Assembly (NCBI GenBank): GCA_016786465.1
Contig: JAEUWC010000016.1
Coordinates: 146,422 to 210,421 of the forward strand
From: Bdellovibrionales bacterium
GTDB lineage: Bacteria > Bdellovibrionota > UBA1018
Reading direction: 5' to 3'
DNA: 64,000 nt
Part shown: piece after piece, positions 1 to 9,782 of the stretch
Position numbering within the stretch: the stretch's first letter is position 1
How the letters are laid out: each line of letters begins with the position of its first letter
The notes under the pieces: generated by a model
What the model saw: only the letters and a program-made list of their open reading frames with translations
The model's database searches: none
Told to the model about the DNA's origin: nothing
Translations under genes and position numbers: made by a program

Positions 1-1
1 G

Positions 2-535
2 ATGGAAGTCGTGTTGGAAAACGTCAAAATTCCCATAGAAAACCGCATTTCCGACGAAGGCGACGGTTTCAAAGTCGCGATGGTCGCTTTGGACAGCGGT
101 AGAATCACGATTGCGTCGACCGCCGTCGGTGTCGCTCGCGGCGCGCTTGAAGTTGCACTTTCGCATGCGAAGACCCGCGAACAGTTTGGAAAACCGATTT
201 CGGAATTTCAGGGCGTCAGCTTCATGTTAGCCGACATGGCTACACTTTTGGATTGTTCAAGAATGCTGGTTCAACGTGCTGCCTGGTTGAAAGACAACGG
301 CAAACCGTTTTCTACCGAAGCGGCGATGGCAAAAGTTTTCGCAACCGACGCGGCGATGAAGATCACCACCGACGCCGTTCAGATCCTAGGCGGATCTGGC
401 TACACTCAGGAATTTCCGGTTGAACGCTACATGCGCGAAGCCAAGGTTCTTCAAATCGTCGAAGGCACCAACCAGATCCAGCGCCATGTGATCGGAAGAA
501 ATCTGGTTTCTCCGCGAACGGGTTCAAATTCATGA
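2..535 (+). CDS. acyl-CoA dehydrogenase, C-terminal part (5' end outside window)
   Basis: ORF runs to the window edge. Translation ends ...GGSGYTQEFPVERYMREAKVLQIVEGTNQIQRHVIGRNL, typical of the ACAD C-terminal helical domain. Confidence 0.8.
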   Translation: MEVVLENVKIPIENRISDEGDGFKVAMVALDSGRITIASTAVGVARGALEVALSHAKTREQFGKPISEFQGVSFMLADMATLLDCSRMLVQRAAWLKDNGKPFSTEAAMAKVFATDAAMKITTDAVQILGGSGYTQEFPVERYMREAKVLQIVEGTNQIQRHVIGRNLVSPRTGSNS

Positions 536-1878
536 TTGCCAAATCAACTGCGACTGCACTTCGTCTTGGAAACTCTCCGATCCATTGGGATTGGACTCGC
601 TTAAATGCGGGTGGTGTCCTTCTGGAATCCGAAATTAAGGAATTAGAAAAGGAATTCGCCCTATCCTGGGAAAAGCTTCGATCCCGTTTTCTTTCGGGCG
701 AAGTCGGATTTTACCATGCTCCGACCGAACCGGAATTGAACCAAGCCAAGGAAAGTATCCAGCTTGCGAATGAATTATTGGAAAAACATCATTTCACCGA
801 CGCCCTTTTTCTAGGGATCGGCGGAAGTTCACTGGGACCGATCGCGCTTCTTTCGGCGCTTCGTGAAAAAGCCCATGATCAAGTCCGAATCCATTACCTG
901 GAAAACCCAGACCCGATCGAATGGAAGATGACCTTGAAGCGTCTGAACCCAGAATCGACACTGGTGGTTCCGGTTACAAAATCCGGTTCGACTTTTGAAA
1001 CCATCGCCCAGTTTTTGTTGGCGCTGGATTGGCTGGGAAAAGACCGCTGGAAATCCAACGTAGTCTGCCTGACCGATCCAGAAAAAGGCGACCTGCTTCA
1101 GTTTGCGAAGAAAAACGATTTGCGATGCCTGAAGATTCACCCGTCGTTGGGTGGTCGCTTCAGCATTTTTTCCCCAGTTGGACTTTTTCCCGCAGCCCTT
1201 TGCGGATTGAACGTCGAAGCTTTTCTGAAAGGCGCATCGGATGTTCGCGACTTCAACGAAAAGGTTTCACTGGATCGCAATCCGTTTTTTCAAATCGGTT
1301 CAGAACTGATCCGCCAGTTTGAAGAACGCCCAATTCACATCTGCATGCCGTATTCGACCCCGCTTCGCGCGATGGGTTCTTGGTTCGTTCAGCTTTGGGG
1401 CGAAAGCTTGGGCAAGGACGAAAAAGGATTCACGCCCCTAAGCGCATTGGGTGCGACTGACCAGCACAGCATCCTGCAATTGATGCGTGATGGTCCAGAT
1501 GACAAGATCACTTGGTTTTTGAAAGTTGACCAAGTTTCCGACCCCGTCACGATCCCAGAAGCTCTTCCAGGCGGGGCAGGTGCCACGCCATCCAGCTTCA
1601 CGCAACTGCAGGGACATTCGTTACATCGGTTATTGAATGTCGAAGCCGACGCCATCGCCCAAGTCTTGACCAAAAGGGAAAGACCCCACCTGATCGTGAC
1701 CTTGGATCAGTTAGACGAAGCCGCCATGGGTTCTCTATGCTTTTCATGGGCATTGCTCACCGCGGTAACCGGTACCCTTTGGGGCGTTGACCCCTTTGAC
1801 CAACCCGGGGTTGAAGAAGGCAAAATCTACATTCGCGAATCGCTCGCCCGATTGCGCAACGAGTCCAGAAGTCGTTGA
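532..1878 (+). CDS. pgi: glucose-6-phosphate isomerase
   Basis: 448 aa. Has PGI signatures GIGGSSLGP, SGSTFET and GGRFS. The ATG overlaps the upstream stop (TCATGA). Confidence 0.85.
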   Translation: MIAKSTATALRLGNSPIHWDWTRLNAGGVLLESEIKELEKEFALSWEKLRSRFLSGEVGFYHAPTEPELNQAKESIQLANELLEKHHFTDALFLGIGGSSLGPIALLSALREKAHDQVRIHYLENPDPIEWKMTLKRLNPESTLVVPVTKSGSTFETIAQFLLALDWLGKDRWKSNVVCLTDPEKGDLLQFAKKNDLRCLKIHPSLGGRFSIFSPVGLFPAALCGLNVEAFLKGASDVRDFNEKVSLDRNPFFQIGSELIRQFEERPIHICMPYSTPLRAMGSWFVQLWGESLGKDEKGFTPLSALGATDQHSILQLMRDGPDDKITWFLKVDQVSDPVTIPEALPGGAGATPSSFTQLQGHSLHRLLNVEADAIAQVLTKRERPHLIVTLDQLDEAAMGSLCFSWALLTAVTGTLWGVDPFDQPGVEEGKIYIRESLARLRNESRSR

Positions 1879-1939
1879 TTTGAATTGGAAAAGTGAGAAA
1901 GGGTTGCGAGCCCCGAGGCTTCCCGTTACCCTTACCTTT

Positions 1940-2878
1940 ATGAGCGACGAGGGATCCAACAATCCGCAGATTGTTTCCGATCGGACTACAATCATCACCA
2001 AGGAAACCGACACCCAAAAGCGTGACATGGCTCGCGCTAAGGACACGGCTGCTTGTTTGATCATCGTTCGCGGAACGCCCCAGGGCGAAAGATTTTTCAT
2101 CACCCAGGATGGAATGCACATCGGTCGCGATCCCGCTGTTGAAATCAGTGTCGCAGATCCCAGCATTTCCAGAAAACACGTCATCATCAACAAGAAGGAT
2201 GGCGAAATCGTGATCACGGACTTGGGATCGTCCAACGGCACCTTCATTAACGAAAAGAAAATCGAAGCAAACAACCCGACCCAGCTTCACAAAGAAGACA
2301 TGCTTCGAACCGGAAATACGATTTTCAAATACCTTCCCGCCGGAGCACTTGAAACCTTGGCCTGGGAAAATTTGGGTTCGGCCGCGCACACGGATCCGAT
2401 GACCCGAATCTATAACAAGGGTTTTTTGCTGGATGCTTTGGAATCCGAATTTAAACGCGCCAAAGCATTGCACCAGGAATTTTCAGTTCTGTTCTTTGAC
2501 TTGGATCATTTCAAAAAAATCAACGACGGCTACGGTCACGATGCGGGCGATTACGTATTGAAAGAATTCACCAGCCTGGTCAAGACTTCGCACCTTCGCC
2601 CAAAAGACATTTTCGCGCGTTACGGCGGCGAAGAATTCGTCGTTCTTTTGGCCAATACTGCGGCAAAAGCAGCCCAAGACATCGCCGAACGGATTCGAGC
2701 AGCCGTCGAAGCGCATGCCTTTATCTATGAAGGAAAACGCCTGCCCGTGACCACAAGCATGGGCGTGGCCGAACTGAACGCGACCGTCGAATCGGCACAA
2801 ACCCTTTTAAAAGCAGCGGATAAGGCTTTGTACACGGCCAAGCAAACTGGCCGAAATAAAGTTGTCGTCAGCAGTTAG
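1940..2878 (+). CDS. FHA-domain diguanylate cyclase (FHA-GGDEF), DgcB-like
   Basis: N-terminal FHA signature (GRDPAVEISVADPSISRKHVII...GSSNGTFIN). C-terminal GGDEF domain with an intact RYGGEEF motif. The longer ORF from 1787 would overlap pgi, so the start is set at the first ATG after the pgi stop; a TTG near 1880-1903 is an alternative. Confidence 0.8.
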   Translation: MSDEGSNNPQIVSDRTTIITKETDTQKRDMARAKDTAACLIIVRGTPQGERFFITQDGMHIGRDPAVEISVADPSISRKHVIINKKDGEIVITDLGSSNGTFINEKKIEANNPTQLHKEDMLRTGNTIFKYLPAGALETLAWENLGSAAHTDPMTRIYNKGFLLDALESEFKRAKALHQEFSVLFFDLDHFKKINDGYGHDAGDYVLKEFTSLVKTSHLRPKDIFARYGGEEFVVLLANTAAKAAQDIAERIRAAVEAHAFIYEGKRLPVTTSMGVAELNATVESAQTLLKAADKALYTAKQTGRNKVVVSS

Positions 2879-2907
2879 TTTTTTCGTTAAGGCCTTCTTA
2901 CAGGCCC

Positions 2908-4836
2908 ATGCAGACCCCTATTCAACGGATCCAGACCTTACCCCGAAACGTCGCCGAACGCATCGCCGCCGGTGAAGTGATCGAAAGACCTTCTAGCGTC
3001 GTTAAAGAACTGGTCGAAAATTCGATCGACGCGGAAGCCTCGATGATCGAAGTTCAGCTGGAAGACGGCGGCAAGAAACTGATTCAAGTCACCGACGACG
3101 GTTACGGCATTCACCCAGACGATCTTGCGCTTTCGCTGGAACGCCACGCAACTAGCAAACTAAAAACCCTGAACGATCTAGAAAGCATCGCGACCCTGGG
3201 ATTTCGTGGCGAAGCACTTCCGTCGATCGCAGCCGTTTCAGATCTCGAAATTCTAAGCCGTCGCCGCGCCCCGGAAGAATCCAAGACCGCAGAAGCTTTT
3301 CACGTTCGCGTGACCGACACATACTGGACCCATCGCGACCCATTAAAGGCAAAACCTGTGACCTTTGGCCAGTTCCTGGGCCGCGCCCACGGAACCCAGA
3401 TTCGGGCCCAAAGTCTTTTTTCACAGGTCCCAGCACGTCAGAAGTTTTTGAAATCCAATTCGTCAGAAGCGTCGCAAGTTCGAGACTGGCTTGAGCGCCT
3501 TTCCCTGACCCACCCCACCGTCGGCTTTCGATTGGTCAACGATGGAAAGGTCCTTTTTCAGGTTCGGAGCGAAAACAAGTCGCAAGAAGTAAACGAAAAG
3601 AACCGCGTGCACGCGATTTTGGCCGGAGGTGAAGACTTCCCGATTGCTTCAAGACGAAGTGTTTTGGATTCTGGGATCGAAGTGCGTGCGTACTGGGTTC
3701 AGGGCATGAGCCTGTCGCACACACGAAAACTGGTTCAAGTCGTGAACGGCCGCGCGGTTCGCGATCGCCTTCTTCAACAAGCCATTTTGAATCCGTTCAA
3801 GCAGGCGCTTTTGCCGGGCCAGTTTCCCGCGGTCGCCGTGTTCTTGGACCTGCCCTTGTCGTCGGTTGACGTGAACGTTCATCCCACCAAATCCGAAGTT
3901 CGTTTCCTGGATTCATCGGCTGTTTTCCGCGCGGTTGCCGAAACCTTAGAAAAGCTGATCCGTGAAAAGGGTGCGACAGGCTTTTTGGCGTCGACACCGG
4001 CTAGCGCATTGAACCCAAAGTCTAGTTATTCCTTCAGCATTCCGGTTATGGAACCCCGCCAGGAAGATGCCTTTGGCGGACACGCCACCGCAACATCGCC
4101 GTGGCAAGAAACAGCGCAGAATCCAGAGCAGGAATCGGTGCGAAATCCAGAACAATCCAGCGCAAGCGAAAAACCAAAAGTGGCCCCAAACGCAGCCGCT
4201 GAAATTCTTTCGGGCCGATTTCGCGGTACATTTTTTCAAACTTATATTGCGTTGGAAAAGGGCGAAGAACTGGTTTGGGTGGATCAACACGCAGCCGACG
4301 AACGCATTCGCTACGAAAAGCTAAAGGCCAAGATCCTGGACCCCAAGCGCGCCGGAAAACCCCAGCAGCTTCTGATCCCCGAAGTCGTTTTCTGCGACCC
4401 TGACAAACGCGCGCGCGTGAATCTGCTGACCACGCCCGGTGGCCTTCTGACAACCCTGGGTTTTGAATCTGAAATCTTTGGTGATGACCGAATCATCATC
4501 CGATCCATGCCTTCGGACTGGGGAAATCATTCCCTGAAAATTCGCCTAAAGAACCTGGTCGAAAGGCTTCTAGAACTTTCCGAAGTCGAAATCGAAGAAG
4601 CAACATCCAAGACCCAACGGGGTCTGATCCTAGACGAACGCCTTTTTGAAAAAATCGCTTCCGAAGCTTGCCGATCATCCGTCATGGCCGGCGATGAACT
4701 TTCCCAAACGTCTGCGCAAGCACTGATCGATTCATTGAAAGATTGCGAACACCCCTGGAACTGTCCCCATGGACGGCCCACCATAGTTCGCGTGCCCAAA
4801 GCCCGCCTTGAAGAATGGTTCCAGCGCCGCGTCTAG
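2908..4836 (+). CDS. mutL: DNA mismatch repair protein MutL
   Basis: 642 aa. N-terminal GHKL ATPase motif RIAAGEVIERPSSVVKELVENSIDA, plus a C-terminal dimerisation region. Confidence 0.9.
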   Translation: MQTPIQRIQTLPRNVAERIAAGEVIERPSSVVKELVENSIDAEASMIEVQLEDGGKKLIQVTDDGYGIHPDDLALSLERHATSKLKTLNDLESIATLGFRGEALPSIAAVSDLEILSRRRAPEESKTAEAFHVRVTDTYWTHRDPLKAKPVTFGQFLGRAHGTQIRAQSLFSQVPARQKFLKSNSSEASQVRDWLERLSLTHPTVGFRLVNDGKVLFQVRSENKSQEVNEKNRVHAILAGGEDFPIASRRSVLDSGIEVRAYWVQGMSLSHTRKLVQVVNGRAVRDRLLQQAILNPFKQALLPGQFPAVAVFLDLPLSSVDVNVHPTKSEVRFLDSSAVFRAVAETLEKLIREKGATGFLASTPASALNPKSSYSFSIPVMEPRQEDAFGGHATATSPWQETAQNPEQESVRNPEQSSASEKPKVAPNAAAEILSGRFRGTFFQTYIALEKGEELVWVDQHAADERIRYEKLKAKILDPKRAGKPQQLLIPEVVFCDPDKRARVNLLTTPGGLLTTLGFESEIFGDDRIIIRSMPSDWGNHSLKIRLKNLVERLLELSEVEIEEATSKTQRGLILDERLFEKIASEACRSSVMAGDELSQTSAQALIDSLKDCEHPWNCPHGRPTIVRVPKARLEEWFQRRV

Positions 4837-4872
4837 CTTGCTTTTAGGGTTTTACAAACCTAGAATGAAACC

Positions 4873-5283
4873 ATGAACAAAATGAATCTGACTTGGATCG
4901 CATGCGTCATTGCCCTTAGCGCTTGTGCCGAAGACCGCACCTTGGGTCTGAATATCGTCCCGCATACGATTGACCGTTCCGTCGACGTTTGCCCTGGATC
5001 GGCGGTAACTTTTTCAATCAAAAAGGGAGAATCCAAGTTCTTCAAAGTCATCCACCCTGTCGACAGCAATGATTCGATTCGCCTAAATACCGCCGGAAGC
5101 GGAAACGTCAACCTTCGCTGCTTCAATCAGACAGGCTACTTGACGCCGATTGCGGCCCAGATTTTTGAGAATGTTTCAAACCCCCAGTGCGACTCGGGCG
5201 GAAACACCAACAAAATACCCCACTTTTTTGTCGTTGATGGATTAGCGGACGGAACATTTACAGTCTGTGCGTATCAGACCTAG
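4873..5283 (+). CDS. hypothetical lipoprotein
   Basis: 136 aa. Signal peptide with lipobox (IALSAC). No recognisable domain. Confidence 0.5.
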   Translation: MNKMNLTWIACVIALSACAEDRTLGLNIVPHTIDRSVDVCPGSAVTFSIKKGESKFFKVIHPVDSNDSIRLNTAGSGNVNLRCFNQTGYLTPIAAQIFENVSNPQCDSGGNTNKIPHFFVVDGLADGTFTVCAYQT

Positions 5284-5286
5284 CGT

Positions 5287-6240
5287 TTGAAGATCCCGAT
5301 CATCACCGGCACCACCGCAAGCGGAAAGACGGCCCTTGCTCTGGAATTGGCAGCACAAATGAAATCCGTCGGCGCGCGCGTAGAAATCATCAACGCCGAC
5401 AGCCTATTGGTTTACCGCGGTCTTGACATCGGAACTGCGAAGCCATCAAGCGATGAACTGAAACGCTTGAAGCACCACTTGATCGATACCCACTTCCCGA
5501 ACGAAACTTACACAGCCGGCGACTTCGCGCGCGACGTGAATCAGATCTTGGAAAGCGACGACGGACAGACCTGTTTTTTGATCGTGGGCGGGACCGGTTT
5601 CTATTTGAAGGCGCTTTTATTTGGAATTTGGGACGGCCCCAAAGCTGACCCCGAAGTTCGCGCGCGCCTGGAAAAAGAAACCAACGAATCGCTTCACCAA
5701 AAACTTACGCTCAAGGATCCAATATCCGCCGCGAAGATCGCGCAGGCCGATCGTTACCGATTGGTCCGCGCCCTAGAAATCATCGAAATTTCGGGCAAGC
5801 TTCCGTCCGAACTTGAAGCCCAGTCCAACAAGTCACCTGACCCAAGATTTGATCTGATCATCTTGGATCGCCCCAATCCTGAACTTTTCGAAAGGATCGA
5901 AAAGCGCACGAAGCAAATGCTGGAACAGGGGCTGGTGGATGAAACGAAACGCGCTCTGGACCGCTACGGCGACTGCGCGCCGCTAGGGTCGGTTGGCTAC
6001 GCACAGGTCGTGGATCACATCCGTGGGATCGCACCGCAGGGTCGAAAATCGACTACCCTGTCTGAAGAAATCAGTCTGGCTACGCGACAGCTAGTGAAAC
6101 GTCAGCGGACTTGGTTCAAGGGCCAGTTCCCGTTTGCTCAACCCTATGTTTTGGATCAAGATCGAGAAAAAGTATGGAATCACGTCCTAGCCGCATCATC
6201 ATCCTTTCAGACGGAACCGGAGAAACCGCAGCCCAAATGA
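5287..6240 (+). CDS. miaA: tRNA dimethylallyltransferase
   Basis: TTG start. P-loop ITGTTASGKTALALELA. Length and overall layout typical of MiaA. Confidence 0.85.
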   Translation: MKIPIITGTTASGKTALALELAAQMKSVGARVEIINADSLLVYRGLDIGTAKPSSDELKRLKHHLIDTHFPNETYTAGDFARDVNQILESDDGQTCFLIVGGTGFYLKALLFGIWDGPKADPEVRARLEKETNESLHQKLTLKDPISAAKIAQADRYRLVRALEIIEISGKLPSELEAQSNKSPDPRFDLIILDRPNPELFERIEKRTKQMLEQGLVDETKRALDRYGDCAPLGSVGYAQVVDHIRGIAPQGRKSTTLSEEISLATRQLVKRQRTWFKGQFPFAQPYVLDQDREKVWNHVLAASSSFQTEPEKPQPK

Positions 6241-7031
6241 CCAAGGCGGCGATGGTTCAATTCCGTAGCCAGGAAGTCTATTTTACCCGATACAAAAACG
6301 TCCGATCCGAATCTCAGATCACCGCCATTTGCGAAGACGCGGCCACGAACAAAGACCTGATCATTTACACCATCGTTTCGCCCGAACTTCGTCAAACGCT
6401 GATGAACAAGGCTTTGGCACTGGATATTCCCTTGGTCGATCTGCTGGGGCCCCTTCTTTTGGGCCTGGGTTCCCATTTTGGTTATGAACCTTCGGCAATT
6501 GCAGGGCTGCTTCACAACGTTGACGAACACTATTTTCGTCGAATCGACGCCATGGAATACACGATTCGCCACGACGATGGTCGGGATCTGACCGAATTGG
6601 ACAAAGCGGATCTGGTGATCCTGGGAATTTCACGGACGTCCAAGACCCCGCTTTCGATGTACCTGTCGCACCAGGGCTGGAAAGTTTGCAACATTCCACT
6701 GATCAAGGGATTCCAGATCCCTCAGGAACTTCAGGAAATTGATCAAAAAAGAATCATCGGGCTAACGATCGACGCCGACGACTTGGCAACGATTCGCAGA
6801 AATCGCCTGGAACGCCTGGGACAGGACAAAGGCGGTGATTACGCAGACCCAGACAAGGTCATCGAAGAAATTGAATACGCGAACGAAATTTTCCGCCACA
6901 ACCGGCGCTGGCCTGTCTTCAACGTCACGGGAAAAGCCCTCGAAGAAACGGCTTCTGAAATCATCAAGCTGATGGCTTCCCGACGAATGACCCCTCCGCA
7001 TATTCTGGAAGTGATGCCCCCGAAAAGATGA
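6174..7031 (+). CDS. DUF299 bifunctional kinase/pyrophosphorylase (PEP synthase / PPDK regulatory protein)
   Basis: MESRPSRIIILSDGTGETA N-terminus and the ISRTSKTPLS P-loop-like motif are typical of PSRP/YdiA. Start chosen at the internal ATG; the longer ORF from 6111 overlaps miaA by 130 nt. Confidence 0.75.
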   Translation: MESRPSRIIILSDGTGETAAQMTKAAMVQFRSQEVYFTRYKNVRSESQITAICEDAATNKDLIIYTIVSPELRQTLMNKALALDIPLVDLLGPLLLGLGSHFGYEPSAIAGLLHNVDEHYFRRIDAMEYTIRHDDGRDLTELDKADLVILGISRTSKTPLSMYLSHQGWKVCNIPLIKGFQIPQELQEIDQKRIIGLTIDADDLATIRRNRLERLGQDKGGDYADPDKVIEEIEYANEIFRHNRRWPVFNVTGKALEETASEIIKLMASRRMTPPHILEVMPPKR

Positions 7032-7186
7032 AGTTCTCGTAATTGACGCAGCGCTCGCTAGTCGTTTGAAATCCAAAATTCTAGTGAATTCTTCCCCCGC
7101 TGAATGTAGGACTATGAAAATTCTACATACCCCAGGGCAGTTCTGCGCAGGCAAAGCCCTGGATCAAAATGTTAGGGAGAACCCTT

Positions 7187-8125
7187 ATGGCACGCGGATC
7201 ACAGGTTTGGTTCAACGGAAAAGTAGTCCCAGTCGAAAGCGCTAAAATCAGCCTTTTTACCCACGCCCTTCACTATGGCGTCGGCGCCTTTGAAGGCATC
7301 CGTGCTTACAAACAGAAAAAGGGCGGCGGCGCTGTGTTCCGTTTGGTCGAACACATGGAACGCCTGCACGAAAGCTTCAAGATCCTGGGATTCGAAATTC
7401 CCTACAGTGTTGACCAACTGGTCCAAGCGTCCCTTCAAACCTGCAAGGCAAATGGCCTGGACGAATGCTACATCCGCCCAATCGCCTACACGGCCGATGG
7501 CCCGCTGGGTGTTGACCCCGGAGAAAAACCCCCGATTGATGTCGCCATTTTGGTTTGGGAATGGGGTTCATACCTAGGTGACAAGGGCGCGAACGAAGGC
7601 GCTCGATTGAAAGTTTCAAGTTTCATCCGCCCACACGTGAATTCATCGATGACCAAGGGAAAGATCACCGGACAGTACGTCAACGGCGTTCTGGCGAAGC
7701 GTGAAGCCAAGCGCCAGGGTTACGACGAAGCTTTGATGCTGGATCCAGAAGGTTTCTTAACCGAAGGAACAGGTGAAAACCTTTTCTTGGTGAAGAACGG
7801 AATCATCAAGACCACACCTTTGACTTCGATCTTGAACGGCATCACCCGCAACACCGTGATGGAAATCTTGAAGCATCAGGGTCACACCCTGGTTGAAACG
7901 CGGTTTACCCGCGACGAACTTTGGTGCGCCGACGAAGTTTTCTTGACCGGAACTGCTGCTGAAATCACTCCGGTAAAAGCCATCGACGATCGTTTGATTG
8001 GAAAAGCCAGCCACCTGGGCAAGCCAGGTCCTGTCACCACCCGATTGAAAAACGATTACGCAGCGATCGTTCGCGGTGAACTTGAAAACGAATTGACCCG
8101 CGAATGGCTGTCGCCGATCAAGTGA
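7187..8125 (+). CDS. ilvE: branched-chain amino acid aminotransferase
   Basis: About 312 aa, fold-type IV PLP aminotransferase pattern (VWFNGK..., EGIRAY, LTGTAAEITPV). Start taken at MARGSQVW. Confidence 0.8.
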   Translation: MARGSQVWFNGKVVPVESAKISLFTHALHYGVGAFEGIRAYKQKKGGGAVFRLVEHMERLHESFKILGFEIPYSVDQLVQASLQTCKANGLDECYIRPIAYTADGPLGVDPGEKPPIDVAILVWEWGSYLGDKGANEGARLKVSSFIRPHVNSSMTKGKITGQYVNGVLAKREAKRQGYDEALMLDPEGFLTEGTGENLFLVKNGIIKTTPLTSILNGITRNTVMEILKHQGHTLVETRFTRDELWCADEVFLTGTAAEITPVKAIDDRLIGKASHLGKPGPVTTRLKNDYAAIVRGELENELTREWLSPIK

Positions 8126-8151
8126 TCGCGACCCATCCCAAGGCCTAAATC

Positions 8152-8565
8152 ATGTGGATCGGCGTCGGTCGAATTGTCTTGGACTTTTTCGGCAACCTGA
8201 ACGTTTCCAAAAAACGTAAGAACGTTGAAGACCTGTGCGTGGACCTGCGCAAGCGCTACAACGTTTCGTGCTTGGAAGTCGCATCGTTTGACGACCCAGA
8301 ACGCTGCGTGATCGGATTTTCGGCCGTGATCCCCGAAAACTGGAAAACGGTTTCGGCTGAAGATTTTGTGAAAAAAATCTGTGAAACGATCGATACGGAA
8401 GCTTTTGCTCGTGTAGTGGTTGAAGACTGGGATCTTCTTTCGCACGGAACAGAAAAAGAACACGACGACGCTTACGAACGTGAAGCGGCCCGAAATTCGC
8501 CTGAAGCAAAACTGATCGCGAAGAAATTGGAAAACCGTCAGCGCGACAAGAAAGGCCGAAAGTGA
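8152..8565 (+). CDS. DUF503 (YlxP-like) protein
   Basis: 137 aa. The pattern MWIGVGRIVLDFFGNLNVSKKRKNVEDLCVDLRKRYNVS resembles DUF503. Confidence 0.5.
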   Translation: MWIGVGRIVLDFFGNLNVSKKRKNVEDLCVDLRKRYNVSCLEVASFDDPERCVIGFSAVIPENWKTVSAEDFVKKICETIDTEAFARVVVEDWDLLSHGTEKEHDDAYEREAARNSPEAKLIAKKLENRQRDKKGRK

Positions 8566-8990
8566 AAACCCAAGTGACGACAAAGACCGCCCACGAAATG
8601 TTCACGAAGGCCGCCTTTATCCAGTGGATGGGAATTGAACTTCAAGAAATTGAAAACGGGGTCTGCCGGGCCAGCATGAAAATCCGCCCCGACATGCTTC
8701 AGCACGATGGATTCGTTCACGCGGGAATTTTGACGACGCTTGCAGATCATTGTTGTGGTGGGTCGGTCGGTTCGCTTTTAAAGCCCAGAGAACATGTCTT
8801 GACCGCAGAATTCAAATCCAGCTTTCTGCGCGCAGCAACCAGTCCCGAAGTATTTTGCAAAGCGGTTTGCCTCAAGCGCGGAAAGTCTGCCGCTTTCACG
8901 GAAGCCAAAGTTTACAGCGGCAAAGAAATGACGGACGATCAGCTTTTATCGACACTTTCGTCGACGCTGGTGATTCGGGTCATATCTTAG
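8562..8990 (+). CDS. PaaI/YbgC-type hotdog thioesterase
   Basis: 142 aa. Motif HDGFVHAGILTTLADHCCG is typical of TIGR00369 hotdog thioesterases. Start overlaps the upstream stop. Confidence 0.65.
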   Translation: MKTQVTTKTAHEMFTKAAFIQWMGIELQEIENGVCRASMKIRPDMLQHDGFVHAGILTTLADHCCGGSVGSLLKPREHVLTAEFKSSFLRAATSPEVFCKAVCLKRGKSAAFTEAKVYSGKEMTDDQLLSTLSSTLVIRVIS

Positions 8991-9060
8991 TTTAAAAATC
9001 TGCCCACCCCCTACCCAGGATTCGTTCCCCTAGTATCATTTTATTTTAAGGGGATAATCC

Positions 9061-9780
9061 ATGAAACTTTTCGCGACGACGTTGATGATGGCCACTTTGC
9101 TATGGAACCAAGTAGGAATTCCGGTGGCCAGTGCTGCCAAGGCCAATGCTTCACAGAAAAGAGCGGAACGCCTTCAGAAGCGTTACGACAAGTTTTCCAC
9201 TGAAAAGAAGATTCGTTTCTTGGATCGTCGCATCGCAAGGATCGACCACGTAGAAGCGAAATTGGGCGAAAACAACGAAAAGGCGGCTAAAACACTAGAA
9301 AAGATGAAAGTCGCTTTCTTGGCGAATACGGCTGAGAATTCGGAAAACCTGAAACTGTCCGAAGCTGCAAAGAACGAACTTTCCGGTGAAACCAAAGACC
9401 CAGTTGAAGAGTACACACAGGAAGAGCTCGAAGAGCTGGATTCATGCGGTCAAGGACTTCCGACTCAGGACGAAGTGACCGTGGCCCAGGCGAAGAGCCT
9501 GGATGTCGAAGTTCTGCGCGCGAAGGTTTCAAAAATCCGTTCCGAGCTGGTTAAGGAAAAGTCGCGAGTCCAAAACGGAGAACGCGAGCCCGCATCTGTC
9601 GACAAGAACCGAGGCCTGTTCATCGGACTTTGCGTGCTTGCAGGTGCAGTTATGACCTTCGGACTTCTGATCCTTTTCGGCGTGATCGTCATTCCAAGCA
9701 TGGGTGTCGGCGTAGGTCTGATGCTTGCGCTGATTGGCGGACTGACGCTTTTCGGCCTGACTGACGTTGGATCGTCCTAA
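9061..9780 (+). CDS. hypothetical secreted/membrane protein (signal peptide, coiled coil, Gly-rich C-terminal TM pair)
   Basis: 239 aa with SD AAGGGG upstream. N-terminal signal peptide, a central charged coiled-coil-like region, and two C-terminal hydrophobic Gly-rich helices. Confidence 0.55.
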   Translation: MKLFATTLMMATLLWNQVGIPVASAAKANASQKRAERLQKRYDKFSTEKKIRFLDRRIARIDHVEAKLGENNEKAAKTLEKMKVAFLANTAENSENLKLSEAAKNELSGETKDPVEEYTQEELEELDSCGQGLPTQDEVTVAQAKSLDVEVLRAKVSKIRSELVKEKSRVQNGEREPASVDKNRGLFIGLCVLAGAVMTFGLLILFGVIVIPSMGVGVGLMLALIGGLTLFGLTDVGSS

Positions 9781-9782
9781 TA

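Noticed and set aside
1757-2473. 238-aa minus-strand ORF antisense to the FHA-GGDEF gene, with a shorter companion at 1744-2274
   Set aside because: It lies entirely inside a sense-strand gene with clear FHA and GGDEF motifs. The composition (Arg/Gly-rich) is typical of an antisense frame, and there is no SD.
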